In this document: piece by piece, positions 16,880 through 30,646 of the stretch | Numbering within the stretch: position 1 is the stretch's first letter | Layout of the letters: every line of letters begins with the position of its first letter | Source of the DNA: the human T2T-CHM13v2.0 reference genome, Homo sapiens | Assembly: GCF_009914755.1 (NCBI RefSeq) | Contig: NC_060926.1 | Direction: 5' to 3' (one strand) | Length of the DNA stretch: 64,000 nt | Translations under genes and position numbers: made by a program | The notes under the pieces: generated by a model | What the model saw: the letters and a program-made list of their open reading frames with translations, nothing else | Databases searched by the model: none | What the model was told of the DNA's origin: nothing

Positions 16880-17045
16880 TTGACTGCTTTATATACATTA
16901 CTTTCATTCGAGACTCATTTCATGGATGAGGAAACTGATGTTTACATAAGTCAAGGAACTTGACCAAGGTTACATAGTTATAAGAAGCTGAGCTAGGACC
17001 CTACAGGTCCATCTCAGAGACCTATGATGTTAATCATTATGCCAT
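16880..17045 (-). mobile_element. MIR SINE
   Basis: gatgaggaaactga...gaacttgaccaaggttacatag core. Confidence 0.65.
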
Positions 17046-19281
17046 ATGACCTGTCTTAGACTAGTTTAAGAAATAGCTTCTCAATTAACCTCTCTTCTTT
17101 TAAAAGTGTTCATAGGTTTTAATTCCTTTTTTTTCTGCTTAGGCAATACTTAATTTTTAAACTGTGCACATAGAAGATGAAATGAAAAAATGTATTCCAG
17201 ATGTAGGTTTTATAGTTGCACATCTTGGATATGGGTGGTTACACATACACTACAAGCATGTGGTACACATCTATCTCATTTTTACTTTAGAAATACATTC
17301 TCAACAGGGGAAACTTGAAATACGCAAACTGTGGTCCTGATTCCACTTCAAAACGTCTGCTTTTATTGGGTTTACCCTGCAATCATGCAACTTTTGGCCA
17401 GAGTCAAATAGGGCAACTAAATTTTTTTCTTGAGTTTTACTTGGTATGGTTCACTGTAAATGCTTCCAACTAGTCCTAAAGACAGACTTTGTTCATTTGT
17501 TCTTCTATGAGTTTTATTCAGCAGAACCTTGGATAACAGCAGCTTAGCCAAACACTGTGGGGTAATCACTCTGCTCAGGACTGATTCCTGTGCAGTCAGT
17601 TCTTCTGCACATCTTGCCTTCAAGGTCTGCCAGCTGAATGCACTGTGTTTCCAACATTGCCCTCCAAACAGACCTTTCATAAGGAAAAGTCACTGCTACT
17701 TCATTAATTCCAGAAGATGGATGGTGAAGTCATATTGCTTTGATATGCTTTCAGACTCAGGCTGTTCATGGGAAGCTAGAACTCTCTGAAACAGAAAAGT
17801 TTTTAAATTCTGGCTACTTTTTCATAGGATTCTATTATGACACCTCAGAGGAATTTTTTTTATTTAAGTCTGTCATTTTAAAGGAAAATGGTTAGATGTG
17901 ACTAGGGCTGTGAAAACACAGTAGCTACCAGTGCCTGGCAAAGTTTGTACTCTAACATATTTCTGCTAAAAAATAAAAAGAATATTTTCCATTATTGCCT
18001 TGGATTCTTTCATCTTTTCTTACATGTTAAGAAACTTAATATCTGAAGAGTGAGAAATAGCCATTTTAGTGTGAAATCATGCTGGGGTGGAAAGGCCAGC
18101 ATATTTCTTATAGATTAGTATTATAGGAGAGTTTGGCCATTTTCCTGGGCAGAAGCAAGGAGTTGGCACCTTGGAATCAACTCTTAGCCATCTGAAGGCT
18201 TTGAGCCTTGGTGAGTTTTCCAACCACAGGGCATTAGCTTTCTGCAGCCTGGAATGGAGCGATCACTATCCCCAGAGAGCTGTCATGGGTGCAGGCAGTG
18301 CTCAGCTTGGCTTAGTTCTACCATGGTCCTGAACAGCCAGGCTCTAGGTTAAGCCAAATCCAGAAGTATCTTGTTTTATTTCACTTGCCACGTGTTTGAG
18401 AAGGATTAATCTCAGAATATGGCAGAAGCCTTAGCAAAGCAACTTTAGAAAACAGCATATATATGTGTGTGTGTGTGTGTGGAGAGAGAGAGACAGATCT
18501 GAGGCATGGGTTTTACTAATGTTATTATTTAAATAAACCCTTCCTTATGCTAGAGCACCAGATGGTGTTACAAAAATGAGGAAAAAAGGCTCAGGGCATA
18601 TAAGTCACGTGTCACATTAGCTGTATTGGCCTATGTTCAAATAATAAACATTTTAATCACTGCAGTTTATAACTCTATTTTAAATTTTTTGTTAATACAT
18701 TAACAGTAACTGCTTACGTATACATAGAATTCTAATAAAAATGCATAAATAACTTACAAGAGGAAAGGGACTTAGGGATTATCCCTGGAAGCCCTCATTT
18801 CAAAGGTGAGACCCAGTAGAAACCCAATATGCACAGAAGTTAAGTGACTTTCTGAAAGGTCTTGCAGGTAATTAATTATAGAACAGGACTCCACGTTCAA
18901 TGCTATGTTCACTATTACCTGAAATAGACTTGGAGGCAAAAATAAACTTATGTCAGCTATACTCAATGCTCAGTAAAGTGGCAGAGCAATATTTTATAAG
19001 CGTGTGTTCCGTGAACTCAAATGTGATGTTAGGTAGTGATTCTGAGTCCCTTAAAACAGATTGCTTGATTTATTTAAGGTATGTTCTCTATTACACCAAA
19101 AATTGTTTATGGATTTTTTAAAAACTGCACTCCATGGAGTAAGTACCAATTTCTACACTTTTGATGACATTAAGATATGTTAAGAGGCCTGAATGTTCTC
19201 AACTATGGATTAAAAATAAAGTACCAATTAGTTGGGTCAGTTTTCTACAGTGATTTGAAATTGATTTCTAAGTTTCCCTAT

Positions 19282-19646
19282 TGCTAATGGCTGAATGTTT
19301 ATGTTTTCCCAACTCCAAACTCAGATGTTGAAATCCTAACTCCCAGGGTGATGGGATGAGAAGGTGGGTACCTTTGGGAAGTGATTAGGTCACTCTTAAG
19401 AGTGAGGTTAGTGCCCTTATAAAAGAGGCCCTGGACATCTCCCTTGCCCTACCATCACACCACCTGCAGGCACAGCGAAAAGATGGCTGTCTATGAATCA
19501 GGAAATTGTACTTCACCAGACACTGACTCTGCCAGAGCCTAGACCTTGGACTTTCTAGCCTCTGGAACTGTGGGAAATACATTTCTGTTGTTATAAGCCA
19601 CCTAGTCTATGGTTCTTTGTTATAGCAGTCCAAATGAACTAAGATA
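19282..19646 (+). mobile_element. MaLR solo LTR (MLT1A/MST-type)
   Basis: Starts tgctaatggctgaatg; TATA-like cttataaaag; ends ttgttatagcagtccaaatgaactaagata. Possible 5-bp TSD cctat/tctat. Confidence 0.85.
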
Positions 19647-21229
19647 TCTATTGAGGCTTTATTGGGGGAGGTAATAAAATATGTCATTTTTTTCTAGGTT
19701 TAACAACCTATATTCAATTCCCCTTTCCGTGATCTATAGTATGGGCATAAATAGACTGTCATGTGTATCCAAATTAAGATGATGGTAGCCAGGAGAAAGA
19801 TTGAAGGTGGGACTACTGGCTGTTGATAGCCAAGATCTAATTCTGATCTTTAGGGATTTAGGTTCGTTTCTGGTTGGACGGAGTTGTATTATTTATCTAT
19901 GCATAGTGAAGTAACCTTGTGATCATAATTTCAGAACAAACAAAAAGTCTTCACCTCGTGATGTCTTTTAATTTGATTCCACATCACCAGGGGCAGAATA
20001 ATTTTTATTTCTAGGGACATTCATTGAGAACAGGATGACGTGCTGAGTTTCAGATGTGATCAGCTTGCCAACTGTCCCTGGGTCCTTTGTGTCCTGCTGC
20101 AATATCTTCTAGGAAACAAACACAATGACGTTTGAAGTTCATCAAGTTCATTGATTAAGCTAAGATCTGCACTACTTTGTCGAAATCTTAAATAGAACAA
20201 AAAATGTTTGATGTTATATCTCTCAGAGCTGAAATTAACTGATTAAAGAGTCTCTGTTATGATGTCTATCAATCAAGTAAAAAAATAGGGTTTTGATCTA
20301 GAAATGCCTATCCGTTTTTGAGGTATATACTTTCAAAACCTTTTGAAATAAAGAGAACAGTGGTTGCAAAACTTTTAAGTATTTTTACTTTAAAAAAAGG
20401 ATAGAAACAAAGCAATGTGTCCCATTACATCAGCATTTTTCAAAATTTAGTCTCTGTACTTTCATTTGCATAATTTTCCACTTTCTGTAATATTTTCATA
20501 ACCCTTAGTGCTTAAATGGGTGGAGAGGCCTGTGCCACAGTCTCCAACAAGGTGTCAAGGGAGAGGAGGTGTTTCTCTTCTCCCAATTCACACCATATTT
20601 AGAAGCACTATTCTAGATGATTCCTCTAAAAATATTCAAGCTTTTAGGATCTTGGCTTTGTTTTTTGTAAATTGTACTTAAAGTCAGTGTGACTATTACC
20701 ATCAATTTGAATAAGTGCAATGTATTTCTCATGTTGCAGGTAGTAAAAATTGCCAACGAATCACTTAAATACTGAGAGGACTGACAAGCTATAATTTATT
20801 ACTTGGCTCAAAATATGTCTCTACTCTGTATTATCTGCCTAGATCTTACTTAACACAGGAAGGGTGTAGACTTCACTGAAATGACTAATTGATGTTCAAT
20901 TTGCAGATTTTAATTGAAAAAAATATATTTTGATAAGTAGCAGTACTTGTTTCAAAGGAAGATACCGTTATATTAAAAAGTAAACATCCAAATCTATTGG
21001 TCTAGGTCTATACTCAAAACCTTCCGGGTGTATGTATGTGTGAGATATTTTAAAGTAATTCTAACCAAGCCATTGTTCTGTAACCTGACTTAACAAGCTA
21101 CAGAACAATTCCTTAGCTTAAATTGTTAAAGGGGACATTGTGATGACAAATAAATAAAACGTGTTAGCAGAATAAAAGTTGTCTGGAAATAAGTAAATAC
21201 TATTTTATAATTTGGGGGAAAGAAATTCA

Positions 21230-21420
21230 ATACAGGGTAAAGAGAACAGGATTTTGGAATTAAGCTGAGTTAAAATTCTTGCTCTGGACAACAGACAAAT
21301 TACTTAACATGTTTGAATTTCAGTTTTTTATCTACAAGTTGGGAATAATATATGCATTACGAAGAGATTACAAGTACTAACTGGAGAAAACAATCTGAGA
21401 CCTTGGCAAATAATAGATTA
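21230..21420 (+). mobile_element. MIR SINE
   Basis: caaattacttaac...tcagttttttatctacaa core. Confidence 0.55.
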
Positions 21421-23356
21421 TCCAACTTAATTCCAATATTATTAAAATTAGTGATCATTAGCTGGCACTTTACAACAGAAATGATCTGAATAAATTTTCA
21501 ACATATACATGCTCTGATACCATGACAGGAAAATGTAAGTGCAAGCGTGGGGGGGCGGTGTCAGGAGACTCGTGTGTTTATAATTCTGATGCCTATCTCT
21601 CTGAAGAGTGACTCTTCGAGTTATTCTTTTCAATAGATGTACTTATGGAACATAATTTGGTCATATTGTAGTGATCTGCTACTAAAGAAACTTTCGCCTA
21701 ACTTTCTCCTAGCCAAGGATGTGAGTCTCTCAATAACCCACATTTACCCATGAGTTATGTTAAATGTGCCTTGTGTTCCACTGGTTTAGAATTTGGGGTT
21801 TGGGGAAAGGCAAATGGGATGTTTTCCCAGTGTACTTTAGCACAATATAGGTGAAATCATACATGTATATGCAAAAAAAGTACCTGTAACTGTTCTGTAG
21901 TTCCAATGATTGATTGGATCACAATACTAAGGAGGGTCAGAATTTGATGATTATTCTGGCTTTTTGGGTGGCCCCAAACTCCCACCAGCTATCAAATGAA
22001 GGCGTCGGGGGAGAATATATACAGTCTACAGAACTCGGGAGAGTTAAAGAGTAGCAAGTTCCAATCAAGAAGAAATGTTTTATTCAGTAATTACTTTGAA
22101 GAATTTTTTTAAGAGCCCCTGAAAATACTGGATTTCTGCAGGGGATATTGCGAAAATACTAAAATACTAAGGTGTGAAAATGATTCTCTTTTTTGAATTA
22201 AAAAAAAAATCAATAGAAATAATTCAGTGTGTGAGGTAGATAAGCTTCAGACAAAGGGAAAAACCAAACCTGCTAGTCAGAGATAGATATAAAAAAGAGA
22301 AAAATCAACCTCTACGTTATGTTGCCAAGGAGACTGTGTAAACAGACTTACACAAAGAGAAGTGGCTGGCTGGCAATACTGCTAATGTGGAAAATCTCTT
22401 CATTGTTGTGTGGCATGCTTCATCTCAGAAGAGCAGGAAAAGGTGGCAGGCAGAGAGGGAGAAATAACAAGAATGGAAGAGTCGTTCTTCCAAAAAGGGC
22501 CATCTGTGACCCTGAGAGATAAACCTGGCAGACCAGGGCTCACATCTTAGTAAATCACCTGTAAATAAAGCTTGTAAGGCCTGTGCATTGTCTCATGATT
22601 ATTTTATTAATAATACTTTAACCCTTGCAATTTGATACGCTGTGCAAGGTAGTCTTACAGGGGATCTTTTCATTGAGACGCTCAACTTGTTTGTTTTGTG
22701 CTTCTCAGGCAAGGGCAGTGACTGGAAGCTGGGAGAGAGGGTCAACAGCTGAATCTCAGCCTGATGGAGGCCACCATTTAATAAGTAAATACATGCACGG
22801 TAAGCCTCATATGACTTTCGTCTCTCTATTCTTTTAGAAGTTGGTCTAATCCAACCATATATACAAATGCAATTATTTCTCCTTCAATATTTTCATTCAT
22901 TCAATATACATCGGGTATTATGAATAAAGTCCGTGTAGATACAAGTAGTCTCAGTTCCCCAAAATGTTTAGAGTGTATAATACCAAAAAATGCTATTATA
23001 AAGTTTAGTGAGAAAAAAGTTTGTTTTTATATAACCATATATGCAATATGATTACAAATCTGCTAAATTGTTGAGCAAACAATAAATGGTTAATCAGTGT
23101 TGATGGATGAGCAAACTATGAATTATTTTCCCTCTTTTAATTTTCATCTCCAAATTTTCTATAATGTGGTTGTATGAATTTATTCATATAGAGAGAATTT
23201 ACAGGTGGCTGAAGTGAATCTGGGTTCAGATGTTGGACTTCGCGGTTTATTCTTTTACAGAGTTTGAGATAAGCCAGTGAAGTCTGACAAAATATAAAGC
23301 AGCTCTTTCTGCATTTGCAAATATGTGTGCAGTTTTTTTTTTTAGATAGTACATTT

Positions 23357-23666
<310 letters not shown>

Positions 23667-23803
23667 AAGATAGTGCATTTTTAAATGTTTCTCTCCAGAC
23701 CTGTCATCATAAAAGTTGCTTGCTTAGAAGGGGGATAAAATAAGATGCAAACCAGCTCTTCTTTTATTGGAGAGTTTCAATTTAATCAGAAGGTGAATGT
23801 TAG

Positions 23804-24349
23804 CACATATATATGTGTGTGTGTATATATGTACATATACATATATATGTATATACATGTGTATACATATATGTATATATACACATTTGATTCCAATAAT
23901 ATATATTTTGAGCCAAATTTTATATGTATATGTGTATATATACATACATGTATATGTATGTACATATATACATATGTGTGTATATGTATATACATATATG
24001 TATCTGTATATATGTATATACATATATATGTATCTGTAGATATGTATATACATATGTATATGTATATATGTACATGTATATACTATATATGTGTATAAAT
24101 GTATATAGTATATATACATATATACGTGTATACATATATACACGTATATATGTATATGTATATACATACATATATATGTATATACACACAAATATACATA
24201 TATACACGTATATGTATACACATCTATACATATTTACATATACATACATGTGCGTATATACACATATGTATACATATATACATGTACATATGACGTATAT
24301 ATGTGTATATACACATATATACACATATATACACACACATATATGTGTA

Positions 24350-24364
<15 letters not shown>
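23804..24364. repeat. ~560-bp degenerate (TA/CA/TG)n tract
   Basis: Alternating purine-pyrimidine sequence with one ~35-nt unique interruption at ~23886-23920. Confidence 0.95.
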
Positions 24365-25210
<846 letters not shown>

Positions 25211-25467
25211 AAAAGCTAATTCCAACTGCTAAGTCATTGATAAATTAAAAATAGAAATGAGATTGGGGTCTTAAGTAATTTCCTTACATTAACGGTCAAA
25301 ATGAATGCCACACCTTGTGAGACAGCATGCAAAACTCAGTTTCAGAGCTGGCATATTGAATTAATAACATATCCTTTTTCTATCAAAATGCTCTTAAGTT
25401 GTAAATCATGCTTTTTTGTTTTTTTTTTTTTCAGGCTATTTAGATCCTGCATCAGACAGGTCATCAG

Positions 25468-25579
25468 AAAACATGAAGCTAAATGCAGTAAAGAATTACT
25501 CTCTTGAACTCTTGAAAATATCAAAAACATGAAGCTAAATGCAGTAAAGAATTAGTCTCTTGAACTCTTGAAAATATCA
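25468..25579. repeat. 56-bp tandem duplication (2 copies, 1 mismatch)
   Basis: aaaacatgaagctaaatgcagtaaagaatta(c/g)tctcttgaactcttgaaaatatca twice. Confidence 0.95.
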
Positions 25580-28209
25580 TTTTCTTATAGAAATGGTTTA
25601 AAAATTTCTTTTTTATTATTTCTAATTTTCCTTCAGAAAATTGTGAGTTTTAACCTACAACACATACACTCCAAGGTAATGCCACTCTAATGCTGTCTAG
25701 TTGATCTGAATAACTAACTGGTCAATTATCAGATCCACCAAACTGTCTCTCTGGAGATTAACTTCTGCCAGCATATTGGTTTCTGTTCATTTTCACAAGA
25801 TTGACAGGCTCATTACAGCAATATTAACATCTTCCTTTGAGCACTCACACTGTGCAATTGTAATTTTGCATATGTTGATGAGCAGGCAATTACATCAAAG
25901 AGTGAACACTGGGCTGATGTGCAAGGCACTATTTAATTATAAAAACAGTATAGGATTGAGCCCTGTCACTGAGTCTTCCATTCCTTCTATCTCGCCTGTT
26001 TCTAATTTATTTCTCTATTTCTTCATTTCTTCCTTGACTGTCTTCATTCTTTGCTTTTTATTTCTTTCTCCTTAAATGACAGACCTTTTCTTAGATGCCA
26101 TTTCTCTATGTCTGCGCTTAAGACAAGAATTTTTTTCCTCCTAGTTGTTGGTTAATGTCTGCAAATGTGAGAGCATGTTAACATGACAAACAACAAGGAA
26201 TTTGAAATAAACTTAAATGAAACAGTGTCTTTTCTCCCCCTACTCTCCCCCACCCCCCATGGTGGAAATGATGATATCCTTACCATCTGCACACTTGCAG
26301 GCTGTGAGTGGGCAGAAAACCAGCTGGAGATGCAGCCCATGGCAGGGATACAGATCCTCAGCTTCTGGGAGGTCCTAGAAGCTCACAATGCCACCCAGCT
26401 ATTGGACTATCATCTCTCATCATGTATATTCAAAGGGAAAATGTACAACATTTCTTCTAAACTATTTTGTACAGAGAACATCTCCACTATCATCAAAAAG
26501 AGGCTGATGTGTAGTAGGGAGAAAGTGTTCTGGACTAAGTGTCAGGAAACCTCAGTGCTTCAGGTTCTCTTGCAATTATGAGACTGGTTCTGTTACTTCA
26601 CCTCTCTGGAGTTTATTTTTCTTATTTGTATAGTGAAGGCCTCCAGCTTTAGCATCTCATAATTTTGTTGTGGAAAATAAATACGTGCAGAATTAAGAGA
26701 ATAATGAAAAGAGTTTGAGGGTATCTCCTCTGCCTTAATTGACAAACTATGTTAAGGGTAGACTATCACGGTATCCTTCAAACATATCTATGAGGCAAGG
26801 CTTGTGGCAGAAAAGGAAGCAAAATGATATACTTGTCACATCAATTAGTCAAGAAAATGTGATTACCCTGAGCCCAAGAAACTTCCACTAAAAAGATGGA
26901 AGGAAAGACTACGTCTGGTGTTCTCTGGCACCATCCTTGAGTCCACATGTATTTAGAACTGAATAACTGAATTTAGGGCCATGGTACAGAGGTGTCAGTC
27001 TGCAAACTAGAAGAGCAATGCTGACAGGCCCTGGGACTGTTCCTAGTGCTGTATGGGAACTCAGAAATCTAACCGAAGCCACAGGATGGGTAACGACAAT
27101 GAGACTGTGACCTGGCAATATCTGCATAATCTTGCAAGAAATTTCTAAAACCATAAGACACACGGCATTTTTACTTGAGTCCTAAAATGAACATCCGGTG
27201 ATATTGGACCTTCCCACTCCTAACCAAATGACGTCAACACACTCTTAAGGACACATCACACACTCTGTGGAAGAGGGTAGGAGAGGTGTGGAATATAAAA
27301 TTCCTTTTTTGAGACGGCTGCCTGGATTCTAATGGGGTTACTCTAATGTGTTTTAAGACCAAGGCTCACTGGCCAAGATATACTTTCATGAATTCAAGAA
27401 TGTATGATCATTATGATGTATACATATACACATATATGCATTTACATGACAAAAAAAATGCCAGAAGGCATGTAAAAGACAGACAGTCCTCTTTTCAAAG
27501 GGTGCATAATGGGAGTGATTCTATCTTTACGTCTAAAGTGTTCTACTGGACGCATTTAATGTTCTTGTTTCCTCTGTCTTAAATTATTCGTTCCCTTTTG
27601 GACACATTATTGCTCCATAATAATGCTAAGTAGCTTCATTTTGTTGTTGTTGTTTTTTAAATCACCCAACCTTTCCTAATGCTAAGCCAGGCAATGGAGG
27701 GCAGGAAAAAAAAATGTCTTTAGAGAAGGCTGTAGGCCTATCACCAGATTTTGAGCTGGGCTTTCCCCAGAACACACTTTAGGCCTGCAGGATGCCTGAG
27801 GCCAAGGGTACTTCCTGCATCCACAGGGTTGGGGATGCTGAGTGCAATCCCTCTATTCTGCCACCTGGGACAGCCTTTTGCATTACTCTCTGGCTGCCTT
27901 CCCTTTTCTGAAACTTGAGAGGGGAGAATGTTGCTTCCCTTTAGAACAGTAGGTGAGCCCATCAGCAACTCAGCCCCAAAAGTCTCTGCAGTCTCATCTG
28001 ACAAATTATAAGATTGAGCCTATCAAGTAAGTAAATAAATAAATAAATAAATGAATGAATAAAATGAATCATAACAAATATACATATCTGTGTATTTATT
28101 ACATCTTATCATAATTCTCAGCCTGAATCTAAATATACGGTCTACTACAATCTTTTTAATTGGGCTTTAGCTAAATGCATGATGAAAATCATTTTCAGAT
28201 CTTAGCTCA

Positions 28210-28246
28210 TTGGAAAAAAGTAAAGATAAAAAATAAATAAATAAAA
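28210..28246 (+). mobile_element. Tail-only retrotransposition scar with 13-bp TSD
   Basis: 37-nt A-rich insert between two copies of agatcttagctca (28197-28209 and 28247-28259). Confidence 0.75.
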
Positions 28247-29564
28247 AGATCTTAGCTCACTGTCGTACTCTAGTGCCTTCCTAACACGCAAGCATACTTC
28301 CCATGTCCCATTCACTTGCAATCAGCTACTGGTGGAAAATTAGATGGTCCCAAATCAGAGGAAACCGAAGACATGATAATGAAACTCCTGAAAAAAATCA
28401 ATGACGATTATGGAAATTAGCTGTTTACCACCTTTTTTTTTTTTGACCTTTCCTTTTTTTGACCCTCTAGGCAGCCTAGTTTATGGCAGGAACATCATCA
28501 GTGAGGTCCCAGAGAAAGGAAAATGATTGATTACAGAGATAGCTATTATTTCCAGCCACTATATCCAAGAGCGTATCAGATCACTCAAAGCACATTTTAT
28601 CAACACTCCCCCTGTGACAATCTAGTCTTTACTGGAGTTAATTAAAGCAATTAATTCCCTTCCCTTTCAAAGCAGTGTGATTACATAAATAGATAATTTC
28701 CCAATCCAAACCCATAAAGCAAGTGATTTCTCTGCATGTTCCTCAGTGTGCAAAGCACCTAACTGAACCAAATTGTCCTTTTTCTAAATTTGACCTTCAT
28801 GAAATTCTCCAGCAACTTTTTCTGCTCTGTCTTCCTATCTGGTTGGATGGCAGAACCACATCTCCACATGGACACAGGACTGCAAGATTAATAAAGCATT
28901 TCCCGCAGCAAAGATAGATAATGCCTAAACTGTAATCACAACGACAGGAGTAGAGTGAGGAGGAAAGGAGAATGGCGGGTGCCTGCTCTGACAGGCACTA
29001 CAGTTCCCTTCAACAATATACCAGCGTGGGTGATGCTGACAATAATTAAGCAAACAGAATGCCAAACAATTGTAAGAAAAGCTGTCAAACATTTTGTGTT
29101 ATTATCCCCTGCACAGGCCTGTAATTTATCATCACAGAAAAAGCACATAAAGAAAAATCTCTAAACAGTGACATTTTGTTCAAATTACAACCCTTGGCTT
29201 CCCTGACTGCCTACAGACTGACATCTCCAAGGTCGGATGTAGTGCTCAGCAATTTGTTCCTTCATTAAGTGAGCATGTCTCTGGGATGGGTTCTAGCCAC
29301 TGTGAGTGCTGGCATGCCAAGAGCAAGAACAAAGTACTTCCCAACGTGTGGGAAGCCACTTACCTTCAGACGTCAAAATGAAAGAAAGTAACTGACATTC
29401 GTATTTCCTTCTCAGATTGGTCCTAAAGCTTGAAATATGATCTCCTGCACCAAGGCTCCTACCTGTCATTTCTTCCTCCCTCTCCACCCAAAACCCTGCT
29501 TGGGGTTCTGGACTTGGCTAAAGTGTAAGGGCTTTGATCTTGTTGGTATAAACTCAGTCTTACT

Positions 29565-29883
29565 GGCCGGGCACTGGTGGCTCACACCTGCAATCCCAGC
29601 ATTTTGGGAGGCTGAAGACAGTGGATCACTTGAAGCCAGGAGTTTGAGACCAGCCTGGCCAACATGGTGAAACCCCCGTCTCTACTAAAAATACAAAAAT
29701 TAGCCAGGTGTGGCGGCAGGCACCTGTAACCCTAGCTACATGAAAGGATGACGCAGGAGAATCACTTGAACCCTGGAGGCAGAGGTTGCAGTGAGGCAAC
29801 ATTGCGCCACTGCACACCAGCCTGGGCAACAGAGTGAGACTCCATCTCAAAAAAACAAAAAACAAACAAAAAACAACAAAAAA
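29565..29883 (+). mobile_element. AluS/AluJb-type element
   Basis: Full dimer with (CAAAA)-type tail; diverged TSD aaactcagtcttact / aaacccaatcttcct. Confidence 0.92.
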
Positions 29884-30490
29884 CCCAATCTTCCTGATGA
29901 TATCCCCCAATGGTTGTAATTGAACCAGAAAGAAAATAAAAAAAAAAAAAGGAAATACTTTTCTCATCCAGTTTCTTTAGAGTTTAGCACAGTTCTATAG
30001 ATTAATTACTATAAATTGTGAGACATATTATAAAGAGACCTCAGAGATGCTGAGCCAGTGAGACAGGTGTGAGGGTGTGAGGTGTTACTATTAGTACTTT
30101 GGAGAAAGTCCATAGGCAGTCTCCAACGTAGATTTCTGGATGGCTCAGAGTTGAAATGGACCCTAGAGGTAATAGAATCAATCTTTTCAAGTAATGAGAG
30201 AAATTCTGTCTGTGATATTCCTAGCTGATGTTCTGAGCTGGACCACTTCCAAGGATGGAGATAATAGAAGCCTTCCATTACAAATACTTGGCTGCTGAAA
30301 GACCTAAACATTTGAGTCTTCACTGTTTTCAACAGCTCCTTCCACACCTGTCCAACATAGAGATCCACTTAACAGAAGTCCTACCCTCTAGATATTGCCT
30401 TATTTGAAAAGGTAATATCTTTTAATCCCATTTCTTTCTATCCCATTGCCAGAGCTCTTTCCCATTGCTTTCTTCACTTTCTTCACAATC

Positions 30491-30646
30491 TTTTTTCTTT
30501 TTTAATTTTTAAAAATAGGGTCTCATTCTGTGCCCAGGCTGGAGCACAGTGATGCAACCAAGCTCACCACAACCTTGAGCTCTTGGGCTCGAATAATCCT
30601 CTGGCCTCAGCTAGGACTACAAGCATGTGCCACCATGCCCTGCTAA
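30491..30646 (-). mobile_element. Alu right-arm monomer (FRAM or AluJ fragment)
   Basis: T-rich tail then agggtctcattctg...caccatgccctgctaa; caatcttt on both flanks. Confidence 0.8.

Noticed and set aside
26183-26581. 132-aa ORF
   Set aside because: No domain similarity; its 3' part runs into MIR-like sequence.
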